Shown piece after piece: positions 9,876 through 20,457 of a stretch of DNA of 64,000 bases. Made by a program: the position numbers and the translations under genes. The first letter of the stretch is position 1. Each line of letters begins with the position of its first letter. The notes below the pieces were generated by a model that was given only the letters and a program-made list of their open reading frames with translations, was not told the DNA's origin and did no database searches. Location: contig JAHJTE010000001.1 in NCBI GenBank assembly GCA_018830005.1, positions 257,332-321,331 of the forward strand, written 5' to 3'. The DNA comes from Candidatus Omnitrophota bacterium. Lineage in GTDB: Bacteria; Omnitrophota; Gorgyraeia; JAHJTE01.

Positions 9876-10697
9876 ATGCTAATAATTCCTGCACTTTCCA
9901 TAATTATTCCTTCCCGAAACAGTTCTCGTAAAGAAATGAGCGATAAATTACTTTCTGATATCTCGAGGCAAAAAATAGATACCACAATAGAAATTCACCA
10001 GATTAAAGGGATTAGTACTGCCGGAAAAGCAAGGAATATAGGAGCGCAAAGGGCCAAAGGAGAGATCCTTATTTTCATTGATGATGATATTAGTATAGGA
10101 GACGATAAGGCGCTAACTAAACTAATAGAGCCTCTCATTGAGGATAAATCCATAGGCGCTACCTTTTCTGCTTTGCTTATTCCGTCAGATTCGTCGAGTT
10201 TCCAAAGGTCTTATGCAGATCAGATACCACGCTGTGAAATTCCGCCCGTAGATAAGACCACAGATGCCGGGGCAATGTCTACTCATTTTTGCGCAATAAG
10301 AAAAGATGTATTCTTTGGGGTAGGGCGATTTAATGAGAATTTAAAACGCGGCGAGGATCCGGAATTTTCCTTCCGCGCCAAAGGAAGAGAGCTTCGTTTG
10401 GTTCAGGTGGCAAACTTGATTTGTTTTCATGCTGTACCTAATAATTTAAGAGAAGTTGCGAGGCTGCACTTTAGAAACGGCGTCGCTTGTGCCTTTACCG
10501 ATAAGTACTATCCGCATCTAAATATTGATGTAGATCCGCAAAGCATACTAAATCCCGTAGGAAGGCAGATTCGGCTCTTTAGGGTGGGCAGATTCGTTTG
10601 TACTTTTTTTAGGTCAATTTTTAAAGGGCAATTTTTGCTCCTCCTTGCCAAGATAAGTTATATTGCAGGTTATTTTTTAGGCTGGATAAAGAAATGA
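9876..10697 (+). CDS. Glycosyltransferase family 2
   Basis: SIIIPS, ARNIGA..AKGEILIFIDDD, RGED. Confidence 0.9.
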   Translation: MLIIPALSIIIPSRNSSRKEMSDKLLSDISRQKIDTTIEIHQIKGISTAGKARNIGAQRAKGEILIFIDDDISIGDDKALTKLIEPLIEDKSIGATFSALLIPSDSSSFQRSYADQIPRCEIPPVDKTTDAGAMSTHFCAIRKDVFFGVGRFNENLKRGEDPEFSFRAKGRELRLVQVANLICFHAVPNNLREVARLHFRNGVACAFTDKYYPHLNIDVDPQSILNPVGRQIRLFRVGRFVCTFFRSIFKGQFLLLLAKISYIAGYFLGWIKK

Positions 10698-12406
10698 AAG
10701 TTATCTTAATTCGTCCGCCATTTCCAGAACAAAATATGGCCATTCCCGCTGAGCCCTTAGGTTTAGCTTATCTAGCTGCATATCTTAAGAAGAATTTGCA
10801 AGATATAGATCTAGCTATAATTGATGCGAATACTCTTAATTTGTCAATTGAAGAAATTTTAGCTCAAATAAGAGATGTTGATGCTGTGGGTATCTCTTAC
10901 TTAACTGTGCAGGCGGACTTTGCTTATAGTTTATCTAAGAAAATTCGAGATAAGTTTCCTAAAGTTGCTATTATCCACGGTGGAGTGCATCCGACCTGTG
11001 TCTGGCAAGAGACTATGGATTTTTGCGATTATTGCGTATTAGGGGAAGGGGAGGTTACGTTAAGTGAACTCTTGCGTTGTTTAAGAGATAAAACTGATGC
11101 CAGAGAGGTTGAGGGAATCTGTTTTAAAAAAAATGGAAAAATTGTTAATACGCCAAGGCGTGAATTTATTTCCGATATAAATACAATACCTCATCCGGCA
11201 TGGGATTTGCTGGATATAGATAGATATAAGAATCACTCCATTCACGTAATGGCTGGCCAGGCGGTTGGTATTATGGCCTCTCGCGGCTGTCCGTTTAACT
11301 GTTCTTTTTGCGCATCTGCTCTTTTGTGGAAAAATAGAGTACGTTTTAGAGATCCACAGGATATAATCTTTGAAATAGAGCAAATTGTCAATAATTACAG
11401 GATAGATAAATTTCATTTCTACGATGATAATTTTCTCTTAAAAAAAGATTTTGTTTTCTCTCTGTGCGAAGAAATTCTAAAAAAAAAGTTACAAATTTTT
11501 TGGGTTTGCTTAGGGAGAATTTCTTCGATAGAGAGTTACCCGGATTTGTTGGACATAATGTATAAGGCCGGCTGCCGGGGGATAGAGTTAGGTATTGAGA
11601 GCTATGATGATGAGGTTCTAGAAAAAATCAGAAAAAAAGAGTCAACTGAACATATACCGCGAGTTTTTAATCTGCTTAAAGAAAAAAATATAAGCCCCCT
11701 GATGCTTCTAATGACATTTAATCCGGGTGAGACCATAACCGGATGGTATTATCAAGCGCTTAAACTTCGCCAAATTAATCCAGGGGCCGCAACATTTCTG
11801 GGACAATTTGCAACACCATATCCGGGTACAGAATTTGATAACACTTGCGCCAGAGATGGCTTAAAGCTCGTTACCGAATGGAAGGATTATTCTACAAGCC
11901 AGATAAACTTTTTGCCTTTTTCGCTTTTGAAAGACTCACCTAAGAAAACAACTGAGCGACTACAGCCTAAATTTTTGCTCAGAATAATCTACACTAGTTT
12001 AAATCATAATTTTTATTGGAAGAAGGCGAGTCTTTTTAAAAGACTAGAAGGTGCAGTTGTTTGGGCTAACTTTGTAATTTTTTTCTATCAAAAGTGCGGG
12101 CAAGGACCCTCTATTGAACAAATCGCCGGCCTGATGGGAGAGGAATTTAATCTGGATTTGAGATTAAGCCTAAAGGCAACGAGCTTTCTGACTGTGCTCA
12201 TGGCTCAGTTAGGCTTGATCCGCTCTGGAGGTTCAGAGAGGCAAGTCTCGCCATACGAAGAGGTCTTTAGTAAATTCAGAGTGTTTAAATATTTCTTTAA
12301 TCTGATTGCTATTATTCTATATTCGTTATCTGTAATTTCGCATAATGCCGTTAGAAGGGAAACCTTAGAGAGCAGAGATTTAATAATTTCACTTTTTGGA
12401 AAATAA
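10694..12406 (+). CDS. Cobalamin-binding radical SAM protein (class B methyltransferase-like)
   Basis: N-terminal EPLGLAYLAA/GGVHPT/GEGE B12-binding domain; SRGCPFNCSFC (CxxxCxxC), DDNF, GIES, PYPGT. Confidence 0.9.
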   Translation: MKVILIRPPFPEQNMAIPAEPLGLAYLAAYLKKNLQDIDLAIIDANTLNLSIEEILAQIRDVDAVGISYLTVQADFAYSLSKKIRDKFPKVAIIHGGVHPTCVWQETMDFCDYCVLGEGEVTLSELLRCLRDKTDAREVEGICFKKNGKIVNTPRREFISDINTIPHPAWDLLDIDRYKNHSIHVMAGQAVGIMASRGCPFNCSFCASALLWKNRVRFRDPQDIIFEIEQIVNNYRIDKFHFYDDNFLLKKDFVFSLCEEILKKKLQIFWVCLGRISSIESYPDLLDIMYKAGCRGIELGIESYDDEVLEKIRKKESTEHIPRVFNLLKEKNISPLMLLMTFNPGETITGWYYQALKLRQINPGAATFLGQFATPYPGTEFDNTCARDGLKLVTEWKDYSTSQINFLPFSLLKDSPKKTTERLQPKFLLRIIYTSLNHNFYWKKASLFKRLEGAVVWANFVIFFYQKCGQGPSIEQIAGLMGEEFNLDLRLSLKATSFLTVLMAQLGLIRSGGSERQVSPYEEVFSKFRVFKYFFNLIAIILYSLSVISHNAVRRETLESRDLIISLFGK

Positions 12407-13571
12407 GTTTATGAAAAAAACGGACATTTTGTTTCTTACATTTGATTTTCCGCCTCAAGATGGGGGCATCTCTGTAATTATGAGCAGAATCTTCCGTTGT
12501 TTAGGAGAGAGAGCGCTAGTTTTAACTACAAATGTTTTTGGCGATAATGAAAGTAAGGGTTGCGAAACCAAGGCAAAAATTGTAAGGGAAAATTTTAATA
12601 TAAATGTGAATAATTTCAAATTATTGTTTGTAATATTTAAGGTTTTATTTAAGTCTTTAAGACTTCATGGAAAATTCAAGTTCAGGACCATATTAGTGGG
12701 GGAGGTATTCCCTTTAGGGCTTGTGGGGTTGTTTTTTAAATATTTTCTTAGAACTAATTTAGTTACATTTAGTCATGGCTCAGATTCGTTGTTTTCAAAA
12801 AATAAAATTAGAAATTATTTGGTAGGCATAGCCTATCGTAGTGCAGAGTATGTATTATGCTTCTCTGATTACACTAAAAATAACCTCTTAAAATGGAAGG
12901 TTAAAGAAGGAAGGATTAAAAAGATTTCTGCTGGGGTGGATACTGATCTTTTCAATCCTGAAGTAGACACCGCGCCAATAGAAAAAAGGTTTAATTTGAA
13001 AGACAAAAGAGTTATCTTGAGTGTGAATAGGCTGATAATTAGGAAAGGTATAGACACAGCAATAAAGTGTATGCCTCGTTTAATTAAAGAAGTCCCTTCA
13101 GTTTTCTATTTGATAGTAGGGGATGGCTCGGATAAAAAGCGCTTGGAAGATTTGGCCAAAGATCTTCATGTAGAAAATCATTGTTTGTTTGCCGGTAGCG
13201 TCAAGCAAGAGGATTTAGCCGTTTATTACTGCCTAAGCGAATTATTTTTAAATCTAGTGAGGGAAATAAAGAATCCTCTGGATCCCCAGACAGAAGGATT
13301 CGGCTTAATTAATATTGAGGCCGGCGCTTGTTCTAAGGCAGTAATTGCTGGGAAAACCGGTGGCGTAGTCGATGCGATAGAAGATAAAAGGACAGGTTTA
13401 CTTATCGACCCGTTAGATTTAGAGCAAATTACTAATGCCATTTTGCGGTTACTCAGAGACAGGCATTTTGCAAAAGAACTGGGAAAGAACGCTAGAGAGA
13501 AGGTTTTAAATGAGTTTAGGCTAGAGAATTTAAATCAGGATTTAGATAAAATATTACAAAATCTAAAATGA
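12396..13571 (+). CDS. Glycosyltransferase family 4 (PimB-like)
   Basis: TFDFPPQDGGI, RKGID, EGFGLINIEA; probable start ATG 12411. Confidence 0.9.
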   Translation: MENKFMKKTDILFLTFDFPPQDGGISVIMSRIFRCLGERALVLTTNVFGDNESKGCETKAKIVRENFNINVNNFKLLFVIFKVLFKSLRLHGKFKFRTILVGEVFPLGLVGLFFKYFLRTNLVTFSHGSDSLFSKNKIRNYLVGIAYRSAEYVLCFSDYTKNNLLKWKVKEGRIKKISAGVDTDLFNPEVDTAPIEKRFNLKDKRVILSVNRLIIRKGIDTAIKCMPRLIKEVPSVFYLIVGDGSDKKRLEDLAKDLHVENHCLFAGSVKQEDLAVYYCLSELFLNLVREIKNPLDPQTEGFGLINIEAGACSKAVIAGKTGGVVDAIEDKRTGLLIDPLDLEQITNAILRLLRDRHFAKELGKNAREKVLNEFRLENLNQDLDKILQNLK

Positions 13572-14512
13572 ATATTTCTATTGGCATAGTTAGCTGTAAT
13601 AATAGAGAAATACTTAGAAGATGTATAAAATCAATTTATGCTACTTGTCAAGATACTGATTTTGAAGTAATAGTTGTTGATAATAATTCTTCCGATAGAA
13701 GTCAAGAGATGCTTGTTGATGAATTTCCTGAAGTAAGAATAATAGAAAATAAACAAAATCTGGGTTTTGCCAAGTCAGTTAACCAAGCGATAAGGCAGGC
13801 GCGAGGAAAATTCCTATTTTTAGGAAATGAAGACATAATTTTTAGCCCCGACTGCCTCAGAAGCATGACTGAATATATGAAAGCTAACCCCAAGGTTGGG
13901 ATATTAGGACCAAAAATCATAAATGAAAAAGGCACAACGGAGATGTCTTTTAATAAAAAGTGTTCTAATATTATCCGCTGTATTTTGGATAATCTGTTTT
14001 TTTATTCTTATTTGCGCGCACATTTAGTTGAAAAATATCTTATAAAGAAATTTTCTCCTTTAGTTAAAAAAGGATTACAGGAGATCAAGCAGGTAGCCTG
14101 GGTTTCTGGTGCAGCTTTTCTCCTGCGTAAATCTGCAACAGAAAAAGTAGGTCTTATGGATGAAAGCTTTTTTATGTACTGTGAAGATGAGGATTTTGGT
14201 TGTCGGATGACAAACGCTGGTTGGCAAGTGCATTTCTTCCCCCGGGGAGTTATTACTCATTCGCGAGGAAGCAGCACTCAAAAAAGTCCGGTTAATTTTA
14301 CATTCGAAGCTACAAAGAGCCAGGTAATTTTTTACAGGAAAAGATATAATCGAATTGCTCTAGTCCTAGTAAAGGCGTTACTTTTTTATAGACTAACAGT
14401 GGAATTGGTATTTTTGTGCATTTACAGCTTATTTTCAAAAAACTTAAGGAAGTTAATAAGCAGAAAGCAAAAAAATTATATTTTTACTATTCATAAACTT
14501 TTTTTTATTTAA
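13568..14512 (+). CDS. Glycosyltransferase family 2 (WbbL/rhamnosyltransferase-like)
   Basis: VVDNNSSD, NLGFAKSVN, WVSGAAFLLR, DESFFMYCEDED. Confidence 0.9.
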   Translation: MNISIGIVSCNNREILRRCIKSIYATCQDTDFEVIVVDNNSSDRSQEMLVDEFPEVRIIENKQNLGFAKSVNQAIRQARGKFLFLGNEDIIFSPDCLRSMTEYMKANPKVGILGPKIINEKGTTEMSFNKKCSNIIRCILDNLFFYSYLRAHLVEKYLIKKFSPLVKKGLQEIKQVAWVSGAAFLLRKSATEKVGLMDESFFMYCEDEDFGCRMTNAGWQVHFFPRGVITHSRGSSTQKSPVNFTFEATKSQVIFYRKRYNRIALVLVKALLFYRLTVELVFLCIYSLFSKNLRKLISRKQKNYIFTIHKLFFI

Positions 14513-14525
14513 GGACTTAGAGTAA

Positions 14526-15476
14526 ATGGAAGAAGTTAAGTGTCTGATTTGTGATAGGAAAGAGACTAAGCATTATAGAAATATTAAGTGTTCTAAGCCT
14601 AGGCAGGTGAGTTTTACTCTCCTTCAGTGTAATGTTTGCGGATTGATATATTTAAATCCCCGGCCAGATAAGCGCGAGATGCAGGAATTCTATCCTTTTT
14701 GGCCAGAGGGCGGGGGCAGGCAAGAAGGAATTAAACTAGATTGGAAGTCAAAAAGAAAAAAAGTTAATTTACTAAGAAATATTTTAGCAAAAAGAGGCAA
14801 TGTGCTGGATATTGGAGCAGGCGCAGGTGAGTTTTTAAGCATTATGCAGGGGCTGGGTTGGCAGGCCTACGGCATAGAGTTTGCTAAAGTGACTTCCAAT
14901 TATGCCAGAGAAAAGCTTGCTTTAAACGTATTAAGCAAAGATCTTCTAGGGGCAAATTTTGAATCAGATTTTTTTGATTTAATTACTTTTTGGGATGTGA
15001 TTGAGCATCTACATAAGCCTAAAGAGACCTTGCTTGAGATTAATAGAATTTTAAAAAAGGAGGGGCTGTTGGTAATATCAGCTCCAAACATCGATAATCT
15101 ATGGGCTTATATTTTTAAAGATTATTGGTACACAAATTCGCCCCGGCATCTTTATCAGTTTAGCCCAAGGACTATCTTAAGGTTATTAGAGGGTGCCGAT
15201 TTTAAAGTAGTTAATATTATTCAGCGTGCCGGATTTTTTGAACCAGTAGGCTTTGTGGTAACTTTTAAGAATTGGCTCTTAGCTAGTTTAAGAGGGGATA
15301 GCCGTAACTTAAATTCAAGTTCGGCATTTGCTCAAGATGCTAGATTAAATAAACTCGCAAGCCCAATAAAGCAATTCATGCGTTTAATTTTGGAGGCAGC
15401 ATTTTTTCCATTTTCGCTAATAAGCGTATTGCTTGAGAAAGCTCCAAACATGATTATTTTTGCAAGAAAATGCTAG
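14526..15476 (+). CDS. Class I SAM-dependent methyltransferase with N-terminal CxxC..CxxC zinc-ribbon
   Basis: CLIC..CNVCGL; VLDIGAGAG; WDVIEHL; PRHLYQF. Confidence 0.85.
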   Translation: MEEVKCLICDRKETKHYRNIKCSKPRQVSFTLLQCNVCGLIYLNPRPDKREMQEFYPFWPEGGGRQEGIKLDWKSKRKKVNLLRNILAKRGNVLDIGAGAGEFLSIMQGLGWQAYGIEFAKVTSNYAREKLALNVLSKDLLGANFESDFFDLITFWDVIEHLHKPKETLLEINRILKKEGLLVISAPNIDNLWAYIFKDYWYTNSPRHLYQFSPRTILRLLEGADFKVVNIIQRAGFFEPVGFVVTFKNWLLASLRGDSRNLNSSSAFAQDARLNKLASPIKQFMRLILEAAFFPFSLISVLLEKAPNMIIFARKC

Positions 15477-16606
15477 ATAAACAGAATATCTTATACATAA
15501 CCGAATCTGCAGTGTTAGGTGGGGCTGAAATTAGCCTCTTTGAATTAATTACTAATCTTGATAGGGAAAGATTTAATCCCTTTATCATCTGTTCCGAAGA
15601 AGGTCCGTTAATAGAGAAATTCAATCAATGGCAGATTCCGAACGCAGTAATCCCTTTATATCGGGTACGCCAAATTAGCTTTTGGAGGTTTTTAAAGTCT
15701 GTAAAGGAGCTAGTCAAATTTTTAAAGACCAATGAGATTAAGCTTGTGCATACAAATAGTACTAGAGCAAATTTCCTTGGTGCCTTAGCTGCGAGGATAG
15801 TAAGAGTTCCTGTAGTTTGGCACGTGAGAAACCTAGTAGCCCCGAGCCTTTTTATAGATTTAGAAAAATATTTCACTTTTTTGCCTGCGGCGATTATTAC
15901 GAATTCGCATGCTACAGCAAAGAGGTTTCCTCATGCACAAAAGAAGGTAACCGTGATTTATAATGGCCTAGATCTTAGAGTCTTTAATCCCGGAATTAGT
16001 AAGGATACTTTACACAAGGAATTTAATATAAGCCTAAAGACAAAAATTGTCGCTGTTGTAGGAAGGTTGGGGCCGGGTAAAGGTCAAGAGGTATTTTTGC
16101 AGGCCGTATCTTTACTTAAAGAAAAGGTGCAAGATGTGAAGTTTTTTATTGTTGGGAGTGCTGGTTATGAAAAAGATGTCCCAATAGAGGAATCCCTAAA
16201 GACTCAGATAAAATCCTTGGGCCTTGAAAAAGATGTTATTTTTACTGGATTTCGTAAAGACAGATCCGAGGTTATGGCCTCAATTGATATATTGGTTAGC
16301 CCTGAGTCTATTACCGGTCAGGCATTTGGTAAGGTTTTGGCCGAGGCACAGGCAACAGGCGTGCCAGTTATCGTCACAGATGCTGGGGCAGCGTCGGAGG
16401 TAGTAGAGAAAGATGCAACTGGGATATTAGTTCCAATGAGGGATGCGACATCGCTTGCTGAGGCAATAAAATTTCTGTTGGATAATGAGGAATTATCTAA
16501 TAAGATGGGTCAAGCGGGTCGTGCTAGAGCAGAAAAATTATTCAATATTAAAGAAACGACCAAAGAGATTGAGCAAATTTATATTGATTTATTAAATAAG
16601 GCATAA
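15470..16606 (+). CDS. Glycosyltransferase family 4
   Basis: GGAEISL, YNGLD, VGRL..KGQ, FGKVLAEAQA. Confidence 0.9.
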   Translation: MLDKQNILYITESAVLGGAEISLFELITNLDRERFNPFIICSEEGPLIEKFNQWQIPNAVIPLYRVRQISFWRFLKSVKELVKFLKTNEIKLVHTNSTRANFLGALAARIVRVPVVWHVRNLVAPSLFIDLEKYFTFLPAAIITNSHATAKRFPHAQKKVTVIYNGLDLRVFNPGISKDTLHKEFNISLKTKIVAVVGRLGPGKGQEVFLQAVSLLKEKVQDVKFFIVGSAGYEKDVPIEESLKTQIKSLGLEKDVIFTGFRKDRSEVMASIDILVSPESITGQAFGKVLAEAQATGVPVIVTDAGAASEVVEKDATGILVPMRDATSLAEAIKFLLDNEELSNKMGQAGRARAEKLFNIKETTKEIEQIYIDLLNKA

Positions 16607-16610
16607 CTTA

Positions 16611-18065
16611 ATGAACAGACTAAGGTTAATTATTAAAAATACCGCAGGTTTCCTTGGTTCGCTTATCTTTAATAGGTTTTTAAATTTTTTAGTAACAATT
16701 ATTCTAGTTCGTTATCTGGGCCCCAAAAACTTAGGTCAATATACTTTCGTCTTGACCTTTGCCGGTCTGTTTGCTCTGTTTTGCGATTTGGGTATTGGTC
16801 AGTTAGTAACCCGAGAGGTTAGCCAAGATAGGACGCGTGCAGGAAGTTTTCTAGGAAATTACCTTTCTCTACAACTGCTACTTTCTTCAGTTGTTGTGGT
16901 TGTAATGGTCATTGTTATAAACCATTTTCAATATCCACATATAATAAGGTTGGCACTTTATATCACTGGTCTGAATTTATTGGTTGTTTCTCTCGCGCAA
17001 CCTTTTTTCAATATTGCGATAGCCTTTGAGAAATTACGCTTCACAGCTATTGCGAGTATTATCGGCAATATTTTTTATTGTTTGAGTTTGCTGGCTGCCG
17101 TTTTCTTCCGCAAAGGTCTATTAATTTTAGTCTCGGTCAGCTTAGTAACCAGTATCTTAGAGTTTTTTTTGGTAGCATTTATATGTTCAAGATTCTGCGT
17201 CAAACCAATTTTTAAATTTAATAAACTTCTTTGGCTTACTGTGGCACGGTTTTTTCTTCCCTTTGCATTATATATTGTCTTTACTGGTCTTTACAGGCGC
17301 ATTGATATCGTAATGTTATCGAGAATGAAGACAGATATAGCTGTGGGTTTCTATGGCGCCGCCTATAAGATTATTTATTTATTTATTTTAATTCCCACAA
17401 GTTTTTCCAGGGCAGTATTTCCACTCTTAAGCCAGCAGGCAGCTGAGGATAGGATTAAACTTTCCCAGACTGTTTCCTGGTCCATGAAATATTTACTCGC
17501 TCTAGGCTTTCCTATAGCTATCATTGGAAGTTTTTTCTGCCGAGAGATAATATTGCTTCTTTTTGGCCCTGAGTTCCTGAATTCAGCCGTAGTTTTAAAT
17601 ATACTTATTTGGGTACTCGTTTTAGTCTTCTGGCATTCAATTTTAAGCCAGGCCCTAATTGCTATTAAAAATATGCTTGCAGTAGTCTCTGGTACAATAA
17701 TTGCTTTTATACTTAACGTAGGATTAAATTTCTTATTGATTCCTAAATATAGCTATGTGGGCGCAGCCGCCACTACCGTTTTTTCTGAACTTTTTATAGG
17801 GCTTTGGTTCTATTTATCTTTAAGAAAAATATTGCCTTTAAAGTATTCTTTATATGATTTCTTAAAGATTGTTATAGCTAGTTTAATTATGATTTTATTA
17901 TTTCAGCTTACGTATCAGTTTTATTTTTTAATTGTCATTACACTAGGGATTGTTTTCTATATAATTGCACTTTACCTGCTGCATTTTATAGGGCGAGGAG
18001 AGAGAGTACTTCTGAAGGAGGCGTTTGCTAGAAAAGATGGTTTGTTCAAAAGGGATGCGATTTAG
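16611..18065 (+). CDS. wzx: Second Wzx-type flippase
   Basis: RYLGP..LGQY, DLGI..REVS, RIDIVMLS, VGFYGAAY, LNFLLIPKY..GAA. Confidence 0.85.
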   Translation: MNRLRLIIKNTAGFLGSLIFNRFLNFLVTIILVRYLGPKNLGQYTFVLTFAGLFALFCDLGIGQLVTREVSQDRTRAGSFLGNYLSLQLLLSSVVVVVMVIVINHFQYPHIIRLALYITGLNLLVVSLAQPFFNIAIAFEKLRFTAIASIIGNIFYCLSLLAAVFFRKGLLILVSVSLVTSILEFFLVAFICSRFCVKPIFKFNKLLWLTVARFFLPFALYIVFTGLYRRIDIVMLSRMKTDIAVGFYGAAYKIIYLFILIPTSFSRAVFPLLSQQAAEDRIKLSQTVSWSMKYLLALGFPIAIIGSFFCREIILLLFGPEFLNSAVVLNILIWVLVLVFWHSILSQALIAIKNMLAVVSGTIIAFILNVGLNFLLIPKYSYVGAAATTVFSELFIGLWFYLSLRKILPLKYSLYDFLKIVIASLIMILLFQLTYQFYFLIVITLGIVFYIIALYLLHFIGRGERVLLKEAFARKDGLFKRDAI

Positions 18066-19209
18066 AAGCATAGCTCGTAATATAAAGAAACTCTATTATA
18101 TAGTTTTGGGCCTTTTTGGCGATATGCTATTTTTCTTAATGCGTATTTTAAGGATAATTTCTAAGCCGAAACCTTTTTTGTCTGAAAATATTAAGAGAAT
18201 TTTAGTAATTCGTCTAGATCGAATTGGAGATGTGGCTTTAACTACCCCGGCACTCAGGGCCTTACGTGAAAGTTTTACTCATGCAAAAATTTATCTTTTG
18301 ACACGTTCCTATGCTAAGGATTTAGTCGTAGGAAACACTGATATTGATGAGCTTTTAATTTTTGATGATAAGACGTCATTTTTTATTGAGATAATGAAAA
18401 AGGCAAAGGTCTTGAAAGGTAAAAAATTTGATTTGGCCATAGTCCTAAACCCTAATTTTTGGTCAAATTTTCTTAGTTTTGCGGGTGGAGCTATACACAG
18501 AGTAGGTTATGATGTAGCAGGATCAGGCTTTTTTTTGACGAAGAAAATCCAGGATAGGCGAGCGCAATATCCACGTCATGAAGTCGAAGTAAATCTTGAG
18601 GTAGTAGGTTCGATAGGTGCACATACCAATGATAAGAGTTTGGTAATATCTATAAGCAAAGAGGGGGAAAGTTTTGCTCAAGACTTTTTAAAGAATAATA
18701 ATATAAGTTATGGTGATGCATTAGTTGCCATACATGCAGGCGGCTTTTATCATTATACGCGTTGGCCAGCAGAGAACTTTGCTAAAGTTTGCGATTATCT
18801 AATTGAAAGATATAATGCAAAGCCGATTTTAGTAGGGAGTGCTTCTGAGCGATTTTTGTCAGAAAAAATCGTATCGCTTATGAAGAATCCCCCTATTGTT
18901 GCTGTGGGCAATACTAATCTAACCGGGCTTATTAGTTTGACTAAAAGATGTAAGTTATTTATTGGCAATTCTTCTGGGCCGATGCACATCGCCGCAGCCT
19001 TAAGGATTCCCGTTGTGGGTATTTTTGGAAATATAAGTCCTGTAGATAGCTTCAAGAATTGGGGACCCTGGGGAGAGGGCCACGTGATAGTTAGCAAGAA
19101 CTTAGACTGCACAAATTGCCAACCGGCTGATTGTTTAAGCCTTGATTGTATGCAATTAATAACGGTAGAGGATGTGCTAAAGGCAGTTGAGGAGCAGCTT
19201 GGGAAATAA
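18025..19209 (+). CDS. Glycosyltransferase family 9 (heptosyltransferase II-like)
   Basis: RLDRIGDVALTTP, RWP..NF, GNSSGPMHIAAA, C-terminal Cys cluster; probable start ATG 18055. Confidence 0.9.
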   Translation: MLEKMVCSKGMRFRSIARNIKKLYYIVLGLFGDMLFFLMRILRIISKPKPFLSENIKRILVIRLDRIGDVALTTPALRALRESFTHAKIYLLTRSYAKDLVVGNTDIDELLIFDDKTSFFIEIMKKAKVLKGKKFDLAIVLNPNFWSNFLSFAGGAIHRVGYDVAGSGFFLTKKIQDRRAQYPRHEVEVNLEVVGSIGAHTNDKSLVISISKEGESFAQDFLKNNNISYGDALVAIHAGGFYHYTRWPAENFAKVCDYLIERYNAKPILVGSASERFLSEKIVSLMKNPPIVAVGNTNLTGLISLTKRCKLFIGNSSGPMHIAAALRIPVVGIFGNISPVDSFKNWGPWGEGHVIVSKNLDCTNCQPADCLSLDCMQLITVEDVLKAVEEQLGK

Positions 19210-20242
19210 ATTGAAGAAAATCACGGACATAAACAGTATCCTATTAGTAAATCTTGGTGGCATTGGCGATATACTTTTATCCATACCTGCGCTTAGGGCA
19301 CTGCGTGGCTTTTATAAAAAATCCACCATAACATTATTAACAACACCACGCTCTGTGGATTTGATGAAAGATTATCCCTACATAGATAAGATTATCCTTT
19401 TTAATCCAGGATTATGGCAAAAATTAAAACTGGTTTTTATTTTAAGCAGACTTCATTTTGACCTAGCAATAAATATGAGATCCTTAACTTCTTACTTAAG
19501 CAGTCTTAAGATGGCATCTTTATTTTTATTAGCTGGTGCAACTTACCGTGTTGGCCGAGATACCAATGCAAGGGGTTTCTTCTTAAATGAAAAAATTCCA
19601 GAGGACGATATTGCACAAATGCACGATATAGATTATTATTTCGAAATATTCAAGGTTTTGGGAGTAGAAGGTGAAGGTAGAAATATAGACTTAAAAGTTA
19701 ATCATGAAGATGCTAAATTTATTGATAGATTTCTGCTAGATAACGATGTTGGCCAAAATGATATTTTGATTGGCATAAATCCGGGTGGTACTTGGCCAAC
19801 GCGGCGTTGGCCAATAGAGAATTTTGTTAAACTAATTGAGTTATTGAGAAAAGAAAAAGACTTTAAAATAATAATTACCGGAGGCAAAAAAGAGCTAGAT
19901 TTGGCAATAAAATTAGTGAGCCTATCTAAGGTTGGTATCATTAATGCCACTAATAAGACGAATGTTGGCCAGCTTATGGCATTAATTAAAAGATGCAATG
20001 TCTTTATTTCCAATGACGCTGGCCCGATGCATTTAGCTGCTGCCTTAGCTACTCCTTTAATTGCTTTGTTTGGCCCCGGGGATATTACTCGCTATGACCC
20101 GCGTCGAATATCAGAAAAGGCAGTTGTATTTTATAATAAAGTCGATTGTGCGCCTTGTTTTAAGGTTAGATGCAGTTCTATGAATTGTTTTTCATCCCTG
20201 AGGCCTGAGGAAATATCTAAGGCGGCTTTAAAATTAGTATGA
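19187..20242 (+). CDS. Glycosyltransferase family 9 (heptosyltransferase-like)
   Basis: GGIGDILLSIP, RRWP, SNDAGPMHLAAA, CAPC..C..C; probable start TTG 19211. Confidence 0.9.
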   Translation: MRSSLGNKLKKITDINSILLVNLGGIGDILLSIPALRALRGFYKKSTITLLTTPRSVDLMKDYPYIDKIILFNPGLWQKLKLVFILSRLHFDLAINMRSLTSYLSSLKMASLFLLAGATYRVGRDTNARGFFLNEKIPEDDIAQMHDIDYYFEIFKVLGVEGEGRNIDLKVNHEDAKFIDRFLLDNDVGQNDILIGINPGGTWPTRRWPIENFVKLIELLRKEKDFKIIITGGKKELDLAIKLVSLSKVGIINATNKTNVGQLMALIKRCNVFISNDAGPMHLAAALATPLIALFGPGDITRYDPRRISEKAVVFYNKVDCAPCFKVRCSSMNCFSSLRPEEISKAALKLV

Positions 20243-20397
20243 AAATAATATTTAATATTTACAAAAGATTTCGAATCCTCCTAGCATGCAAGGGCGAAGA
20301 AGGACAATATTTTTCAGGATATCTGCCCTCTAAGGTAAGGGATGAGTTCTTAAGCATATGTAAGAGGAAATCAGGTAGGATCCTAGAGAGGCAGTAG
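20239..20397 (+). pseudogene. 52-codon N-terminal remnant of a methyltransferase paralogous to 21630..22295
   Basis: Translates MKIIFNIYKRFRILLACKGEEGQYFSGYLPSKVRDEFLSICKRKSGRILERQ*; ATGA overlap with the upstream stop; the stretch SGYL..RILE is identical to that in ORF 21630. Confidence 0.85.
20313..20389 (+). repeat. Direct repeat copy 1 (77 bp, 2 mismatches to copy 2)
   Basis: TTCAGGATATCTGCC(C/T)TCTAAGGTAAGGGATGA(G/A)TTCTTAAGCATATGTAAGAGGAAATCAGGTAGGATCCTAGAGA. Confidence 0.95.
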
Positions 20398-20457
20398 AGA
20401 CACTGCTATATAAGAGATAAATTAAAAAAAGCGTCTTTAAAAAACAAAAACAATATA

